A stretch of DNA of 54,406 bases, taken from Nitrososphaeria archaeon. Its GTDB lineage: Archaea; Thermoproteota; Nitrososphaeria; JACIWG01. Shown here one piece after another: positions 30,905-41,775 of the stretch (position 1 is the stretch's first letter; each line of letters starts with the position of its first letter). A model generated the notes under the pieces. It worked only from the letters and a program-made list of their open reading frames with translations, had not been told where the DNA came from and ran no database searches. The DNA lies in assembly GCA_963752255.1 (NCBI GenBank), contig CAVVXT010000001.1:1-54406 (forward strand), written 5' to 3'. The translations under genes were made by a program, and so were the position numbers.

Positions 30905-32203
30905 TTAGCCTTTTATCGTAACTTCCTTCACAATACCCGCGCCAATAGTTGTGCCCATGTCACGTACCGCAAAGCGGCCCATTTGTGGTATCACGCTATA
31001 CGGTTCAATTGCGAAAGGTCTTAATGGAGCAAGTCTCACTAGCGCGCTATCTCCTGTTTTTATAGACTTAGGTTTATCTTCGACGACTTGGCCACTTCTT
31101 GGGTCTATTCTAGCAATAATCTCCTTAAATGTCGTAGCCACTTGAGAAGTGTGCGCGTGCAATACAGGAGTGTATCCCGCTGATATTGCAGAAGGATGGT
31201 ATATTATAATCAGCTGAGCGATGAATTCCTTAGCTACCGTAGGTGGGTTATCTGCTAATCCAATGACAAAACCTCTTTTAATGTCCGTCTTAGAAACTCC
31301 CCTAAGGTTTACGCCTACGTTATCTCCTGGAATAGCTTTTTCTATTGGAGTGTGATGCATTTCGATTGACTTGACTTCAGCTGCAAAGTTACCCGGGTTG
31401 ATTATTACTTTATCATTTGGTCTGAGAACACCTGTCTCTACTCGTCCGACTGGCACAGTGCCTACACCCGTAATGGAGTAAACATCTTGAATCGGCATAC
31501 GGAAAGGTTTGTCGATGGGCTTCGATGGCTCACTAATGTTGTCAAGCGCCTCCTGAAGTGTGGGTCCCTTGTACCATGGCATGTTAGTTGATCTCTGAAC
31601 AAGGTTTTCTGCAGTCCATCCTGAAACAGGAATGAACGGAATCTTTGATATGTCGAATCCCGTTGTCCTTAGCAATTTCTCGAATTCCGTCTTAACAGCA
31701 TTATACCTTCCTTCAGCATATTTCACTGTGGCATCATCCATCTTGTTTATCAGTGCTATGATTTGTTGAACTCCCAAGGTTTTTAGTAAAAATGCATGCT
31801 CCCTTGTCTGTCCTCCAAAACCTAGTCCGACTTCAGTTTCTCCAGGTTTCCCTGAAAGGACAACTATTGCGACATCGGCTTGGCTGGCACCTGTGATCAT
31901 ATTCTTTATGAAATCTCTATGACCGGGTGCGTCTATTAGAGTATAGTAATATTTCTTTGTTTCAAATTTCTGAAATGCTAGATCGATGGTAACACCACGT
32001 TCTCTTTCATCCTTCAATCTATCAAGAACCCAAGCATATTTGAAAGAATCTCCTACACCAAGTTTTTCCGATTCCTTGGCGTATTCTTCTATTGTCCTGG
32101 CATCGACTCCTCCCATTTCTACTAGGAAATGGCCCATAGTGGTTGACTTACCGTGGTCAACATGGCCTGTAACTACCAGGTTTAGATGAGGTTTAGTAGA
32201 CAT
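30905..32203 (-). CDS. tuf: Translation elongation factor EF-1 alpha
   Basis: GHVDHGKST, ERERGVTID, DAPGHRDF, NKMD, GRFAVRDMG. Confidence 0.98.
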   Translation of the reverse strand: MSTKPHLNLVVTGHVDHGKSTTMGHFLVEMGGVDARTIEEYAKESEKLGVGDSFKYAWVLDRLKDERERGVTIDLAFQKFETKKYYYTLIDAPGHRDFIKNMITGASQADVAIVVLSGKPGETEVGLGFGGQTREHAFLLKTLGVQQIIALINKMDDATVKYAEGRYNAVKTEFEKLLRTTGFDISKIPFIPVSGWTAENLVQRSTNMPWYKGPTLQEALDNISEPSKPIDKPFRMPIQDVYSITGVGTVPVGRVETGVLRPNDKVIINPGNFAAEVKSIEMHHTPIEKAIPGDNVGVNLRGVSKTDIKRGFVIGLADNPPTVAKEFIAQLIIIYHPSAISAGYTPVLHAHTSQVATTFKEIIARIDPRSGQVVEDKPKSIKTGDSALVRLAPLRPFAIEPYSVIPQMGRFAVRDMGTTIGAGIVKEVTIKG

Positions 32204-32384
32204 TTTCTACACCTTTGCACCGATTTTGAACTTCAACCTTATTATATAAACTATATGGTTCAAGACATGTTTAGCAATCTTATCATAATTTAATACTCGA
32301 ATGGTATCGTCCTAGACTAAGATCTTCTCGAGTTTGAAGTAGGTTTCGTTACAAGCTATTTTATTCGATTTATTCTCTATAGTT

Positions 32385-32993
32385 CTACCTAGATGACATC
32401 GCAATCCGTTCCTGCTCGTTCTTCTTCTTCACTGCGTAACTGTTCTGATCGTTGTTGGAAGCTAAGATAAGTTCGTCTGCAAGAGCTTCTTCAAGCGATA
32501 TCTCTCTGTTGAAGGTGGCTTCCCTCACACCCTCCGATATGAATCTAAGCGCTAAGTCGATGCGTCTCTGTGGAGAAATGTCTACTGCGACATGATATAC
32601 TACACCGCCGTACATCAACCTTGTAGTGTCTTCGTTTGGGGAAGAATTTTCTATTCCTTTAACAAGAACCTGTAGAGGATTTGTTCCCGTCTTTAAGTTG
32701 ATGATTTCTAAAGCCGATCTTACAGATTTGAGCGAATTGTATTTCTTGCCTCCCATTCTACCAGTGTTCTTTGCATACTTCTTCCCAAAGTGCATAAGCA
32801 CATTTGAGACGCGTTCAACTATGTTGGTTTTTGACTTTGCAAATTTCTGGTGAGCGTGTCTCCCGAAAGAATGCGGTAGAAACGTAGGTGTAAGGTCTAT
32901 AACGTTCTTTAGTCCGATGTCTTCGATTTTCACGTCCTTGAAGCTCCATTTGCCGAAAAGCAGCATGTTGGAGGCGTCCGATTTTGATGACAA
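32385..32993 (-). CDS. rps7: 30S ribosomal protein S7 (uS7)
   Basis: LFGKW, VDISPQRRIDLALR, ERIAMSSR. Confidence 0.96.
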   Translation of the reverse strand: MSSKSDASNMLLFGKWSFKDVKIEDIGLKNVIDLTPTFLPHSFGRHAHQKFAKSKTNIVERVSNVLMHFGKKYAKNTGRMGGKKYNSLKSVRSALEIINLKTGTNPLQVLVKGIENSSPNEDTTRLMYGGVVYHVAVDISPQRRIDLALRFISEGVREATFNREISLEEALADELILASNNDQNSYAVKKKNEQERIAMSSR

Positions 32994-32998
32994 ATCGT

Positions 32999-33442
32999 TT
33001 ACCTCCTCGGCTTCTCCTTTCTGCCCAAGACGAGCATAGGTAGCGATATGCCGTTTACTTTGAATACCCTATAGCGGACTCCTGGTATGTCACCCATAGA
33101 GCGCCCAAGAGTGCCACCGATACCTTCGATGTGAACTTCATCATGCTCATCAATATAGTTCAGGGCACCGTCTCCCGGTAAAAAAGCTGTTACCTGCTTG
33201 TTGTTTTTTATAAGCTGAACACGAACACATTTTCTAATGGCTGAGTTAGGCTGCTTTGACTCCACACCTACCTTCTCTAAAACGATTCCTCTACCCTGCG
33301 GCGCGCCTTCAAGCGGGTCATATCTTTCCTTAATCCTTAGAGCACGTCTAACATAGTGTTTACTTGACCACTTGAAATGCTTTCTTTTCTCGATCAGTAT
33401 TCGAGCAGAAAATTCGCCCGTAGTCTTGGTGGACTTTCCCAT
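32999..33442 (-). CDS. rps12: 30S ribosomal protein S12 (uS12)
   Basis: [26 protein letters not shown]. Confidence 0.97.
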   Translation of the reverse strand: MGKSTKTTGEFSARILIEKRKHFKWSSKHYVRRALRIKERYDPLEGAPQGRGIVLEKVGVESKQPNSAIRKCVRVQLIKNNKQVTAFLPGDGALNYIDEHDEVHIEGIGGTLGRSMGDIPGVRYRVFKVNGISLPMLVLGRKEKPRR

Positions 33443-33499
33443 GTTATCAGCAGAAAGGCGGACCTTTTACCGTTATTTAACCGTTTTCATTCTGCAGTC

Positions 33500-33949
33500 T
33501 TAGGGCTGCACTACGATTCTCACGTCGGCTATGTCAAAATATCTCCTGATAAGAAGCCTTGCTCTCTCAGCGTTTTTCCCGCCTAAGCCGACGACGGCGC
33601 CCTGGAATTTCGGGCTGCTCAACACCACAACAGCTATCTTACTGCCGTCCAGCCTCTCACTTAGCCTAACTTCGCTTATGTACTTCTTGTTCAGAGAATT
33701 CTTTATCAGCTGTATTGGGTCATCGGAATGTATGACTATTTCAACCGGTTTCTTGATCATGTTTTCGATGGCCTTCACGCATGAACCATTCTTCCCTATA
33801 GCTAAACCTATCTCGTTTGGGGCGACTAAGAAGATCACCCTATTCATCTTTTGGTCAATGATGCAGTCCTTGGCTGTGGCTCCACTTATCCTCTGGAAGA
33901 GTGACATCAATTCGAGCTCTTGTGAGGACCAATTTATCCTGCTTGGCAT
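33500..33949 (-). CDS. nusA: Archaeal NusA-like KH-domain transcription factor
   Basis: AIGKNG and VVGLGGKN KH motifs; conserved position between rpl30e and rps12. Confidence 0.92.
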   Translation of the reverse strand: MPSRINWSSQELELMSLFQRISGATAKDCIIDQKMNRVIFLVAPNEIGLAIGKNGSCVKAIENMIKKPVEIVIHSDDPIQLIKNSLNKKYISEVRLSERLDGSKIAVVVLSSPKFQGAVVGLGGKNAERARLLIRRYFDIADVRIVVQP

Positions 33950-33956
33950 CTAAAGG

Positions 33957-34271
33957 TCAGCTTTTTGTTTCCTCACGTAGTATCTCTTTAAGCTCATATC
34001 CACCGGTAGCTTTGATCGAAAAAGTGGATATTCTAAATTTCTTCCCGACAGCTTTTCCCAGCTCCATTGAGCTGCCTTCGTATTCTATGAAGGGTATAGA
34101 AAGCTTCTTACAGTCCCTCTGCAGCTTTTGCGATATTTTGTGTTCCAAATTCTCTGACACGATAACTGCTTTGGAACCCTTTAATTCGTCGACAACCTCC
34201 TTTGTACCGTAAACTATCTTTCCCTTCTTAGACACCTTGTTCAGATAGCTATCAAGAATCTTCTTTTCCAA
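33957..34271 (-). CDS. rpl30e: 50S ribosomal protein L30e
   Basis: GKIVYG, ELGKAVGK.F; synteny after rpoA. Confidence 0.85.
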   Translation of the reverse strand: MEKKILDSYLNKVSKKGKIVYGTKEVVDELKGSKAVIVSENLEHKISQKLQRDCKKLSIPFIEYEGSSMELGKAVGKKFRISTFSIKATGGYELKEILREETKS

Positions 34272-37200
34272 CTTCCTTGCCTCCTTGCGTCATAAACAGG
34301 TCCACCATACCTGTTCCTACTGGGATAGGCAGCCCTACTATAACACTTTCGGTTACACCCTTTAACTGCTCGGTTTCACCTTTAACAGAAGCTTCGGCCA
34401 GCGTCGGAACAGTTATCTCGAAGGCGGCTCTTGCTAGAACACTTGCTTTGCCTCCGACTACACCGTGGCGGCCTACCTGTTTAAGTGAGCCTGTAACAGT
34501 CATCAGGTCTGCGACAAGACATATGTGTCTTATATCCACTTCCAACCCCTGCTCCTCCATAGTGTCTCTTACTTCCCTTACCAGAGCAGATCTTGCAGCT
34601 TCGATGCCTAGCGTTGACCATATTTCGTAGATGTCATTTGTAGTGGTTCTAGCTGGGTTGACGCCTTCGATCTTCATGACCTTTGCAAGGTTTGATCCTT
34701 TAGTCTGGATAACCCATTCCCCCCCTTCGTGAACCACTGAAGCCTCAGTTATGCCCGGTATACCTTTTAGTCTGCTGTTCAAGATTTTCGTCTTCATTCT
34801 CTGGAGAGATAGAGGATCCGCGCCTTCGGCCATTATTATTAAGGTGTCCTCGCCGACGATCTCAGGCTTCCTCTTGCTGGTCTCCATCGCAGCCGCTACA
34901 TCTTTAGCTGCGACGATGAGGTCGTTCATGGCTTCTACGTCGAGGACTATCGTAATCTGGCCGCTGGGGTCGATCTCACTGCTCTTTATAACATCGTTTA
35001 TCTTTGAGAAACGTATCTCTGCGGCGATCCTTTTGGCAACATCCAAGTCGTCAGCGAATTCGGATAGGAGGTAAATGTCCATAGTGGGGGTGGACGGTTG
35101 TCTTCTTGCATCAACCAGTTCTATGAGCCTTGGCAGACCCAACGTTATGTCCCTTTCTTTAACGCCGGCAAAGTGGAATGTTCTAAGCGTCATCTGTGTG
35201 CTTGGTTCACCTATAGACTGTGCGGCGACGACGCCTACAGCTTCCCCCGGCTCTATCAGCGCTTGCTCAAAAAGCTCTGATGTACGCGATATAACACGCT
35301 CTGCGCTCGCCTTCGGAAGTTTTGACTTAGATAATTCTGTCTTAAGTTCCTCGATTACCTTCGGATTAAGTGACTTGGCATATTTTTCGAGGTTTGCTTC
35401 AAGATCTTTTTCTTTTATTGCTGCCCCACCTGCTGTGAGCTGTTCTGCTTCGATAAGTCTTTTGACGTTTACGGCTTTGCTGTGGTCACTCTTGGAGGGG
35501 TCGACGCCGTCTTCACTGTAGAGAAACTGGATTATCGCGCCTTCCGGATCCCTTACAGTTCGGTCGTATTCGACTCTGAGATGTTCCATTGCGTTGACAA
35601 GACGTCTTTGCATGTAACCGCTCTGCTGCGTTCTAACGGCTGTATCAACAAGCCCCTCTCTACCGCCCATTGCGTGGAAGAAGAATTCAAGAGCGTTAAG
35701 GCCTTCTCTATAGTTTGACTTAATGAACCCTTTTGCGTCGGGGTTTATGTCATTTGATTCAAAGTGGCATAGAGTCCTGTATTCATAGCCTCTCATAATT
35801 CGTTTGCCACGGATGGACTGTTGTCCAAGAGCGGCGGCCATGTGACCTATGTTCAAAGGCGACCCCCTCGCACCCGTCCTCGCCATAATGATAGCGCTGT
35901 TTTCGTCTGAAAGGTTCCTGTCAGCGACCTTTCCAGCGGCGTCACGCGCTTTGGAAAGTTCGTTGACTATGTAAAGTTCGAGCACTTCCTCAGGGGAAAG
36001 GCCTCTCATCAGAGTCAGAGTGCCTTCTCTATAACGTTTCTGAAGGTCGTCAATTCTTCCGTAAGCGTCTTTAATCGACTGTTTAACCGCGTCCACAACG
36101 CTTGGAGGCAGCCAAAAATCGTCGTAGCCGATCGTGAACCCCTTGAAGGTTATGTAAGCCTTTATAACCCTAAGAATCGAATTAAGGAAATTTTTTGCCG
36201 CCTCGCTACCATATTCTTTTACGATCCTATGAAGCACACTGTCCGGTCTTTCAGCGCCGATAGAGGCTTTGTCGATAACACCGGAGACCAGTTCGCCGTC
36301 CCTTATAACCACCTGTTTACCATACCAACTCGACTTTAACACGTAGTTGAATCCTTCCGGTAGAAAGAGCGAGAACAGCTGTCTTCCATGATAAAGTTCT
36401 TCCGGTTCTTGCTTCGCCGGTTTAGGTATCTTTCCCACATATCCCCCGATTGTGGCGAGATTCACGAACTCCTCCTTTGTTAGGTATGAGTCTTCTTTAG
36501 TCAGCAAATATGCCCCAGTGATGTAGTCTCTAATAGCGCCTATTATGGGTCCCCCGTATCTCGGAGACAGTATCTGGTCCTGAACACGCATCAGCAACTC
36601 TGCTTCACATCTTGCTTCCTCTCCCTGTGGCACGTGAAGGTTCATTTCGTCTCCGTCGAAGTCGGCGTTGTATGGAGTGCAGACCGCTGGATGAAGTCTA
36701 AATGTTCTGCCTGGCAGAACCTTTGCACTGTGCGCCATGATGGACATCCTGTGCAAGGAAGGCTGTCTGTTGAAAAGGACGATGTCTCCATCTACAAGAT
36801 GTCTTTCGACAATATATCCGGGACCGAGCGCGGAGGCAACTGCTGCTCTATCCTGAACGTAATCTAGTCTTATTTTTACTCCGTCTGGGCGTATAATGTA
36901 ATTGGCGCCAGGATACTTGTCGCCGTTTGCGACAAGCTGCCTTAGGCGGTCGATGTTCCAGCCTATAACCTTCTCCGGTATCGTAAGCTTCTTTGCTACT
37001 TCAGCCGGTATGCCCACTTCGTTTATGTCCATGTTTGGATCAGGTGAGATGACTGTACGGCTTGAGAAGTCAACACGTTTTCCTGAAAGGTTGCCTCTAA
37101 ACCTTCCCTCCTTACCCTTAAGTCTTTGGCTCAGTGTTCTCAGAGGTCTGCCTGAGCGGTGGTGGGCTTGAGGGATGCCGCTGACTTCGTTGTCAAAGTA

Positions 37201-38046
37201 GGTTGTAACATGATATTGAACTAGGTCAACTAGGTCTTGAACGATCAGCGGTGGTGAACCGGACTCCTTACTTTCTTTCACACGCTGATTCGTCCTAAGT
37301 ATGTCCACAAGCTTGTGGGTTAAATCGTCTTCGGACCGGATTCCTGTTTCAAGAATGATTGAAGGACGAACTGTAACGGGGGGAACCGGAAGCACTTGAA
37401 GGACAAACCACTCCGGTCTAACCTTATCCAATTCGTAGCCCAAGAGAACAAGGTTTTTATCGTTTATTTCTTCAAGCCATGCGCGTATCGAGCTCGCCAA
37501 AAGTCTAGAAGGGCCTTCATCCCTGATTTCATAGAACGTTGTTGGCTTCACCAACTGGATTTCGTACTTTACGCTTCCGCAATGAGGGCACTGTCTTGCC
37601 TTCTTTGCTTTTAGCCTGATCTCTCTAAAGATCTTCTCTAACACTTCAGAAGTGACGTACTTACTGTCCTCGATCCCTTTCTTGTATCCGTTTATTATCT
37701 CGTCACTTAATATTAGCTTGTGGCAGACACGGCAAGTTGTCTGAAGAATAGTGTATATGTCGTCTACGAAGGCGACATGGATTATCGGCTCAGCTAATTC
37801 GATGTGTCCAAAATGTCCAGGGCATTTTACTGAAGTGTTTCCGCATGTTGCACATTTCTGACCGGGTTCTAGCGTGCCCAGTCTTGGATCCATTAAGCCT
37901 CCGGGAACAGAAAGTCCGTCCCTGTCGTATGTTTCCGGCGCCATTACTTCAACAACGCTGTACGATCTGACAATTTGAGGTGAAAATATCGTAAACTTTA
38001 TTCCACCAATATTCTTTTGAAGATCTTCGATTGACATTTCAACCAC
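34252..38046 (-). CDS. rpo1: DNA-directed RNA polymerase subunit A'/A'' fused (Rpo1)
   Basis: CPGHFGH, NADFDGD, followed in frame by A'' motifs SIGEPSTQMTLRTFH and GTG; 1264 aa. Confidence 0.98.
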   Translation of the reverse strand: MVEMSIEDLQKNIGGIKFTIFSPQIVRSYSVVEVMAPETYDRDGLSVPGGLMDPRLGTLEPGQKCATCGNTSVKCPGHFGHIELAEPIIHVAFVDDIYTILQTTCRVCHKLILSDEIINGYKKGIEDSKYVTSEVLEKIFREIRLKAKKARQCPHCGSVKYEIQLVKPTTFYEIRDEGPSRLLASSIRAWLEEINDKNLVLLGYELDKVRPEWFVLQVLPVPPVTVRPSIILETGIRSEDDLTHKLVDILRTNQRVKESKESGSPPLIVQDLVDLVQYHVTTYFDNEVSGIPQAHHRSGRPLRTLSQRLKGKEGRFRGNLSGKRVDFSSRTVISPDPNMDINEVGIPAEVAKKLTIPEKVIGWNIDRLRQLVANGDKYPGANYIIRPDGVKIRLDYVQDRAAVASALGPGYIVERHLVDGDIVLFNRQPSLHRMSIMAHSAKVLPGRTFRLHPAVCTPYNADFDGDEMNLHVPQGEEARCEAELLMRVQDQILSPRYGGPIIGAIRDYITGAYLLTKEDSYLTKEEFVNLATIGGYVGKIPKPAKQEPEELYHGRQLFSLFLPEGFNYVLKSSWYGKQVVIRDGELVSGVIDKASIGAERPDSVLHRIVKEYGSEAAKNFLNSILRVIKAYITFKGFTIGYDDFWLPPSVVDAVKQSIKDAYGRIDDLQKRYREGTLTLMRGLSPEEVLELYIVNELSKARDAAGKVADRNLSDENSAIIMARTGARGSPLNIGHMAAALGQQSIRGKRIMRGYEYRTLCHFESNDINPDAKGFIKSNYREGLNALEFFFHAMGGREGLVDTAVRTQQSGYMQRRLVNAMEHLRVEYDRTVRDPEGAIIQFLYSEDGVDPSKSDHSKAVNVKRLIEAEQLTAGGAAIKEKDLEANLEKYAKSLNPKVIEELKTELSKSKLPKASAERVISRTSELFEQALIEPGEAVGVVAAQSIGEPSTQMTLRTFHFAGVKERDITLGLPRLIELVDARRQPSTPTMDIYLLSEFADDLDVAKRIAAEIRFSKINDVIKSSEIDPSGQITIVLDVEAMNDLIVAAKDVAAAMETSKRKPEIVGEDTLIIMAEGADPLSLQRMKTKILNSRLKGIPGITEASVVHEGGEWVIQTKGSNLAKVMKIEGVNPARTTTNDIYEIWSTLGIEAARSALVREVRDTMEEQGLEVDIRHICLVADLMTVTGSLKQVGRHGVVGGKASVLARAAFEITVPTLAEASVKGETEQLKGVTESVIVGLPIPVGTGMVDLFMTQGGKEVGKEDS

Positions 38047-41000
38047 CTAAATTTTATCTTTAAGAAGGACACGGGGCAGTATGTTAAGACTCATCATTTC
38101 CTGCACCAGCAATTTGAAAGCGTACGCCATGGACACTGTAGCTATTTTCGCGTTTGAACCACATATTCTACAAATGTACTTCCTTGTCCTTGCATCGAAG
38201 TACGCTATTAGACCACAATTTTCACATATGAACACATCTGTCTTGTCTGATTCATCAAGAAGTCTATCTTTTAAAACCATCGACGTGCCATACGCTATAA
38301 GGCAGTCACGTTCCATCTCTCCAAACCTTAGGCCTCCGCCTCTTGATCTTCCTTCGGTCGGCTGTTTTGTTAGCATCTGTACCTGACCTCTTGCTCTGGC
38401 ATGAATCTTATCCGCAACCATATGGTGCAGCTTCTGATAATAGACTACACCGACAAAGATTTCGGCGGGGTATTTTCTTCCAGTTCTCCCATCATACATG
38501 ACCTCCTTGCCTGTATTCACGAATCCGAGTTCCTTCAGCTGTCCCTCTATCGAGTCCACCGTCTCGCCACAGAACGGTGAGCCGTCAATCTGAGTCCCTC
38601 TAAGTGAGCCGACCTTTCCTCCCATCGATTCAATGAACTGTCCCACGGTCATCCTTGAAGGGAATGCGTGGGGGTTGAGGATAATGTCTGGAATAACCCC
38701 TTCTTCAGTGTAAGGTAGATCTTCCGGGTTCGCTAGAAGACCGAGGATACCCTTTTGACCGTGTCTGGACGCAAACTTGTCGCCTATCTCAGGCACACGC
38801 ATGTCTCTTACCTTAATCTTGAACATCTTTCCTCCCTCAACGTTCACCGACATTATTATGGAGTCTACGATGCCCGTCTCCGAAGGCCTTACAGATACTG
38901 AGGTGTCTCTCATATACGGACCGCTGGCCTCTATCTCCCTATATTCTTCGGTAAAACGTGGCGGGCTTGTTCTTCCGATCAAAACATCGCCGCCTGAGAC
39001 ATTCGCTTCTGGGAAGATGCCACCATCAGATTCCAGAAGACGATAGAACTTATCGCCGCGGTATCCCTTGATGTTGGCGTCAGAGTTCGGCACTTCAAAT
39101 CGGTCCTTCATTCCTCCTAGGTAGAGCTGTGCCTCCGCTTCATAGAGTCTGAAGAAGAATGTCCTTCCGAAGCCTCTTTCCACAGAAGACTTGTTCATTA
39201 CGATGGCGTCTTCGATGTTATAACCTTCATAGGACATAACTGCGACCACAGCGTTTTGCCCTAGAGGTCTATCGTTCAAGTTCAGCATTTCGAATGAGCC
39301 AGTTGTCACCATAGGCTTTTGAGGATAAATCAGAAGATGGGCTCTGACGTTCATTGTATGTTTATAAATCGGCGATGGGAAGCCGAGCGCCTGTTTTGCC
39401 ATGGCGCTTTCATAAGTGTTTCTCGGTGACTGGTTGTGCTCCGCATATGGTATGACTGAGGCTACTGCGCCAAGCATGCCGGTCATAGAGATCTCTAAAT
39501 GGCTGTGCTTAGAGTTAAGCTGGTCCGGTTTCGTCGCAATAAGACAATTTTCTTCCTCGTTAGCGTCAATGAGTTCGAGTTCACCCTTCTTCAAGAGCTC
39601 TCTCCAAGATATTTTTTCTTCCAGAACTTCTTCCAGGTCTTCCTTTTTTAACAGAGGCGAGCCGTTCTTAGCTACAATAAGCGGTCTCAAGACTCTGCCT
39701 GAATAGGCGTTGATGTAAATTCTTGTTTCCGCTTTCGGGTTCTGTGGAACCTTAAGGTATATGCTCACATCACTGTTGATCAACGCGTTTCTCCTCATGT
39801 TCCTGAACTCGCTGCAGAATTCTTCAGGATCCATAACGTAGCCTGATAGGCTGCTGTCCAAGAAAACCCTTGCCCCGGCCATTTTGACTTCATTGGAAGC
39901 ATCTTTGTATGATGTGAGCCCTATCTGTGAGATGACGTTGAAAATTTCTCTGGGATCCGCTGAAACAGATATTACCGCGGAAAGTGCGAGGTTCTTTACT
40001 AATCCACAGTTTGAGCCTTCAGGGGTCTCACACGGGCATATTCTCCCGAAATGTGTAGGATGAAGGTCTCTTGCCTCAAAGTTGGGCTGGCTTCTGGATA
40101 GAGGCGATTGAATTCTTCTTAGATGGCTGATGGTTGAAAGGTAGTTCGTCCTATCAAGCAGCTGGGTTATACCCACCTTGCCTCTTCCCCAGTTTCCTGT
40201 AGCTATCGCGTTCCTAAGCTTGTCAGTTATTATACCCGGCCTAATTGCTACGTTTACTACTCCGATACCCCTTTTCTGTCCTGAATGCTCTAGCTGGTAT
40301 TTCATATCCTTTATCAGGTTTCTGAAGCAAGTCCTGAACAGGTCGGCTAAAAGCTGACCTGAGAGACGGATAACTTTATTACCGTAATGGTCCTTGTCGT
40401 CTGAATTAATCCACCCAAGCTTGTATTCAAGAAGCTTGCAGACAGCTTCACCTATGAAAAGAGACTTGTCTACACGATTCTGCGTAGACTTCCCAAGGTG
40501 TGGTAGCAGCCCCCAATCGAGAACGTTTTCAGCCCGTTTAACCCGGTACTCCTCCTGTAATCCATGAGCAACTCTGTTCCCTAGGTATACGAGCGCATCG
40601 TTGACGGTGACAACTTCGCTACTTTTATCAAATGTGGGCCCTAGGAAGTCTTGGATCTCAGATTTTAGCGAAATCGATTCTACAATTTCTTTATCCGATT
40701 CCAGACCCAGCGCTCTCATCAGAACGACAACTGGAATGTCGGTGGGAACGTTTGAGAATCTGGCGTAGATGACGCCGTCTTGATGCAGAGATATTGCCAG
40801 CTTTGACCTATACCCCACGACAGACGAATAGACGGTTGCAGTGGATATGTTAACGCCACCCTGCTTCTTTACGTCGACAAGAATCTTGTTAGGTGCAAGA
40901 TCTTCAAGTCCTACAATAACACGTTCTGAACCATTGATTATGAAGTAGCCTCCAGGGTCCAGATAGTCTTCACCTTCTTCGATGAGCTCTTCGTAAGACT

Positions 41001-41409
41001 TCTTAGACAGCGTGCAGAGCTCCGATTTAACCATAACGGGGAGGTCGCCGATGTACAAATATTGAGAGTCCGTAACAACTCCATTCGACAGGATCTTCAT
41101 CTCAAGCTCTACCGGCGCCGAATATGTCAGGTTCCTCATTCGTGCCTCCATCGGCGATACAGAGGATTTGGAAGCGTCATGTTCGGTGACTCTTGGTGAA
41201 CCGATACGAACCTTTCCAAACTGCACAGTGTACGGGTTCGTCAACGTCTCAACATCTATTTTCGCTATTTCGTCAACGATCACCTGAACGCCATATCTTA
41301 TGAATTCGTTGTATGAGTTTATGTGCTGTCTAGCGATACCTTCTTCTTCTACGACCTCCTTTAAGAGAGGCCATAAGTCTTGAGATTTCTTTTCAACCAA
41401 CCCTATCAC
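38047..41409 (-). CDS. rpo2: DNA-directed RNA polymerase subunit B (Rpo2), unsplit
   Basis: GYFIINGSERV, ETPEG.NCGL, GDKFASRHGQKG, GLRFGEMERD. Confidence 0.98.
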   Translation of the reverse strand: MIGLVEKKSQDLWPLLKEVVEEEGIARQHINSYNEFIRYGVQVIVDEIAKIDVETLTNPYTVQFGKVRIGSPRVTEHDASKSSVSPMEARMRNLTYSAPVELEMKILSNGVVTDSQYLYIGDLPVMVKSELCTLSKKSYEELIEEGEDYLDPGGYFIINGSERVIVGLEDLAPNKILVDVKKQGGVNISTATVYSSVVGYRSKLAISLHQDGVIYARFSNVPTDIPVVVLMRALGLESDKEIVESISLKSEIQDFLGPTFDKSSEVVTVNDALVYLGNRVAHGLQEEYRVKRAENVLDWGLLPHLGKSTQNRVDKSLFIGEAVCKLLEYKLGWINSDDKDHYGNKVIRLSGQLLADLFRTCFRNLIKDMKYQLEHSGQKRGIGVVNVAIRPGIITDKLRNAIATGNWGRGKVGITQLLDRTNYLSTISHLRRIQSPLSRSQPNFEARDLHPTHFGRICPCETPEGSNCGLVKNLALSAVISVSADPREIFNVISQIGLTSYKDASNEVKMAGARVFLDSSLSGYVMDPEEFCSEFRNMRRNALINSDVSIYLKVPQNPKAETRIYINAYSGRVLRPLIVAKNGSPLLKKEDLEEVLEEKISWRELLKKGELELIDANEEENCLIATKPDQLNSKHSHLEISMTGMLGAVASVIPYAEHNQSPRNTYESAMAKQALGFPSPIYKHTMNVRAHLLIYPQKPMVTTGSFEMLNLNDRPLGQNAVVAVMSYEGYNIEDAIVMNKSSVERGFGRTFFFRLYEAEAQLYLGGMKDRFEVPNSDANIKGYRGDKFYRLLESDGGIFPEANVSGGDVLIGRTSPPRFTEEYREIEASGPYMRDTSVSVRPSETGIVDSIIMSVNVEGGKMFKIKVRDMRVPEIGDKFASRHGQKGILGLLANPEDLPYTEEGVIPDIILNPHAFPSRMTVGQFIESMGGKVGSLRGTQIDGSPFCGETVDSIEGQLKELGFVNTGKEVMYDGRTGRKYPAEIFVGVVYYQKLHHMVADKIHARARGQVQMLTKQPTEGRSRGGGLRFGEMERDCLIAYGTSMVLKDRLLDESDKTDVFICENCGLIAYFDARTRKYICRICGSNAKIATVSMAYAFKLLVQEMMSLNILPRVLLKDKI

Positions 41410-41660
41410 TCTATAACATACCTGTAGTAGAATACTACTCCAGAAACGTCACTTTTCCTGGTTATCTTAATGATGTCTCCAGGCTTGGCACCGAGTTCTC
41501 TTATCGCTGGATCCAATGAAAAAATGTATGGAAGCTGGTGGGACTTGATGTGGAACGTATCTAGAATCTTCTGAGCTTCCTCAGCCGATAATATCTCGTG
41601 CTTTGGTACGAGAATGTGATCTGATATCAAAAATTCCTTCTTCTCTGTTTTTTTACTCAT
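41406..41660 (-). CDS. rpo5: DNA-directed RNA polymerase subunit H (Rpo5)
   Basis: HILVPKHEIL, LP.I...DP, GDIIKITRKS, YYRYV. Confidence 0.96.
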   Translation of the reverse strand: MSKKTEKKEFLISDHILVPKHEILSAEEAQKILDTFHIKSHQLPYIFSLDPAIRELGAKPGDIIKITRKSDVSGVVFYYRYVIE

Positions 41661-41775
41661 ATATAAAAACCTCTATGCAGAGGAATAAAGGAAAAATTTC
41701 CATTTAAAAACTCCTAAGAGACCCTTAGATGACGGTTATTTAAATGTTACCATATTTTTATAAATGAAGGCAATG

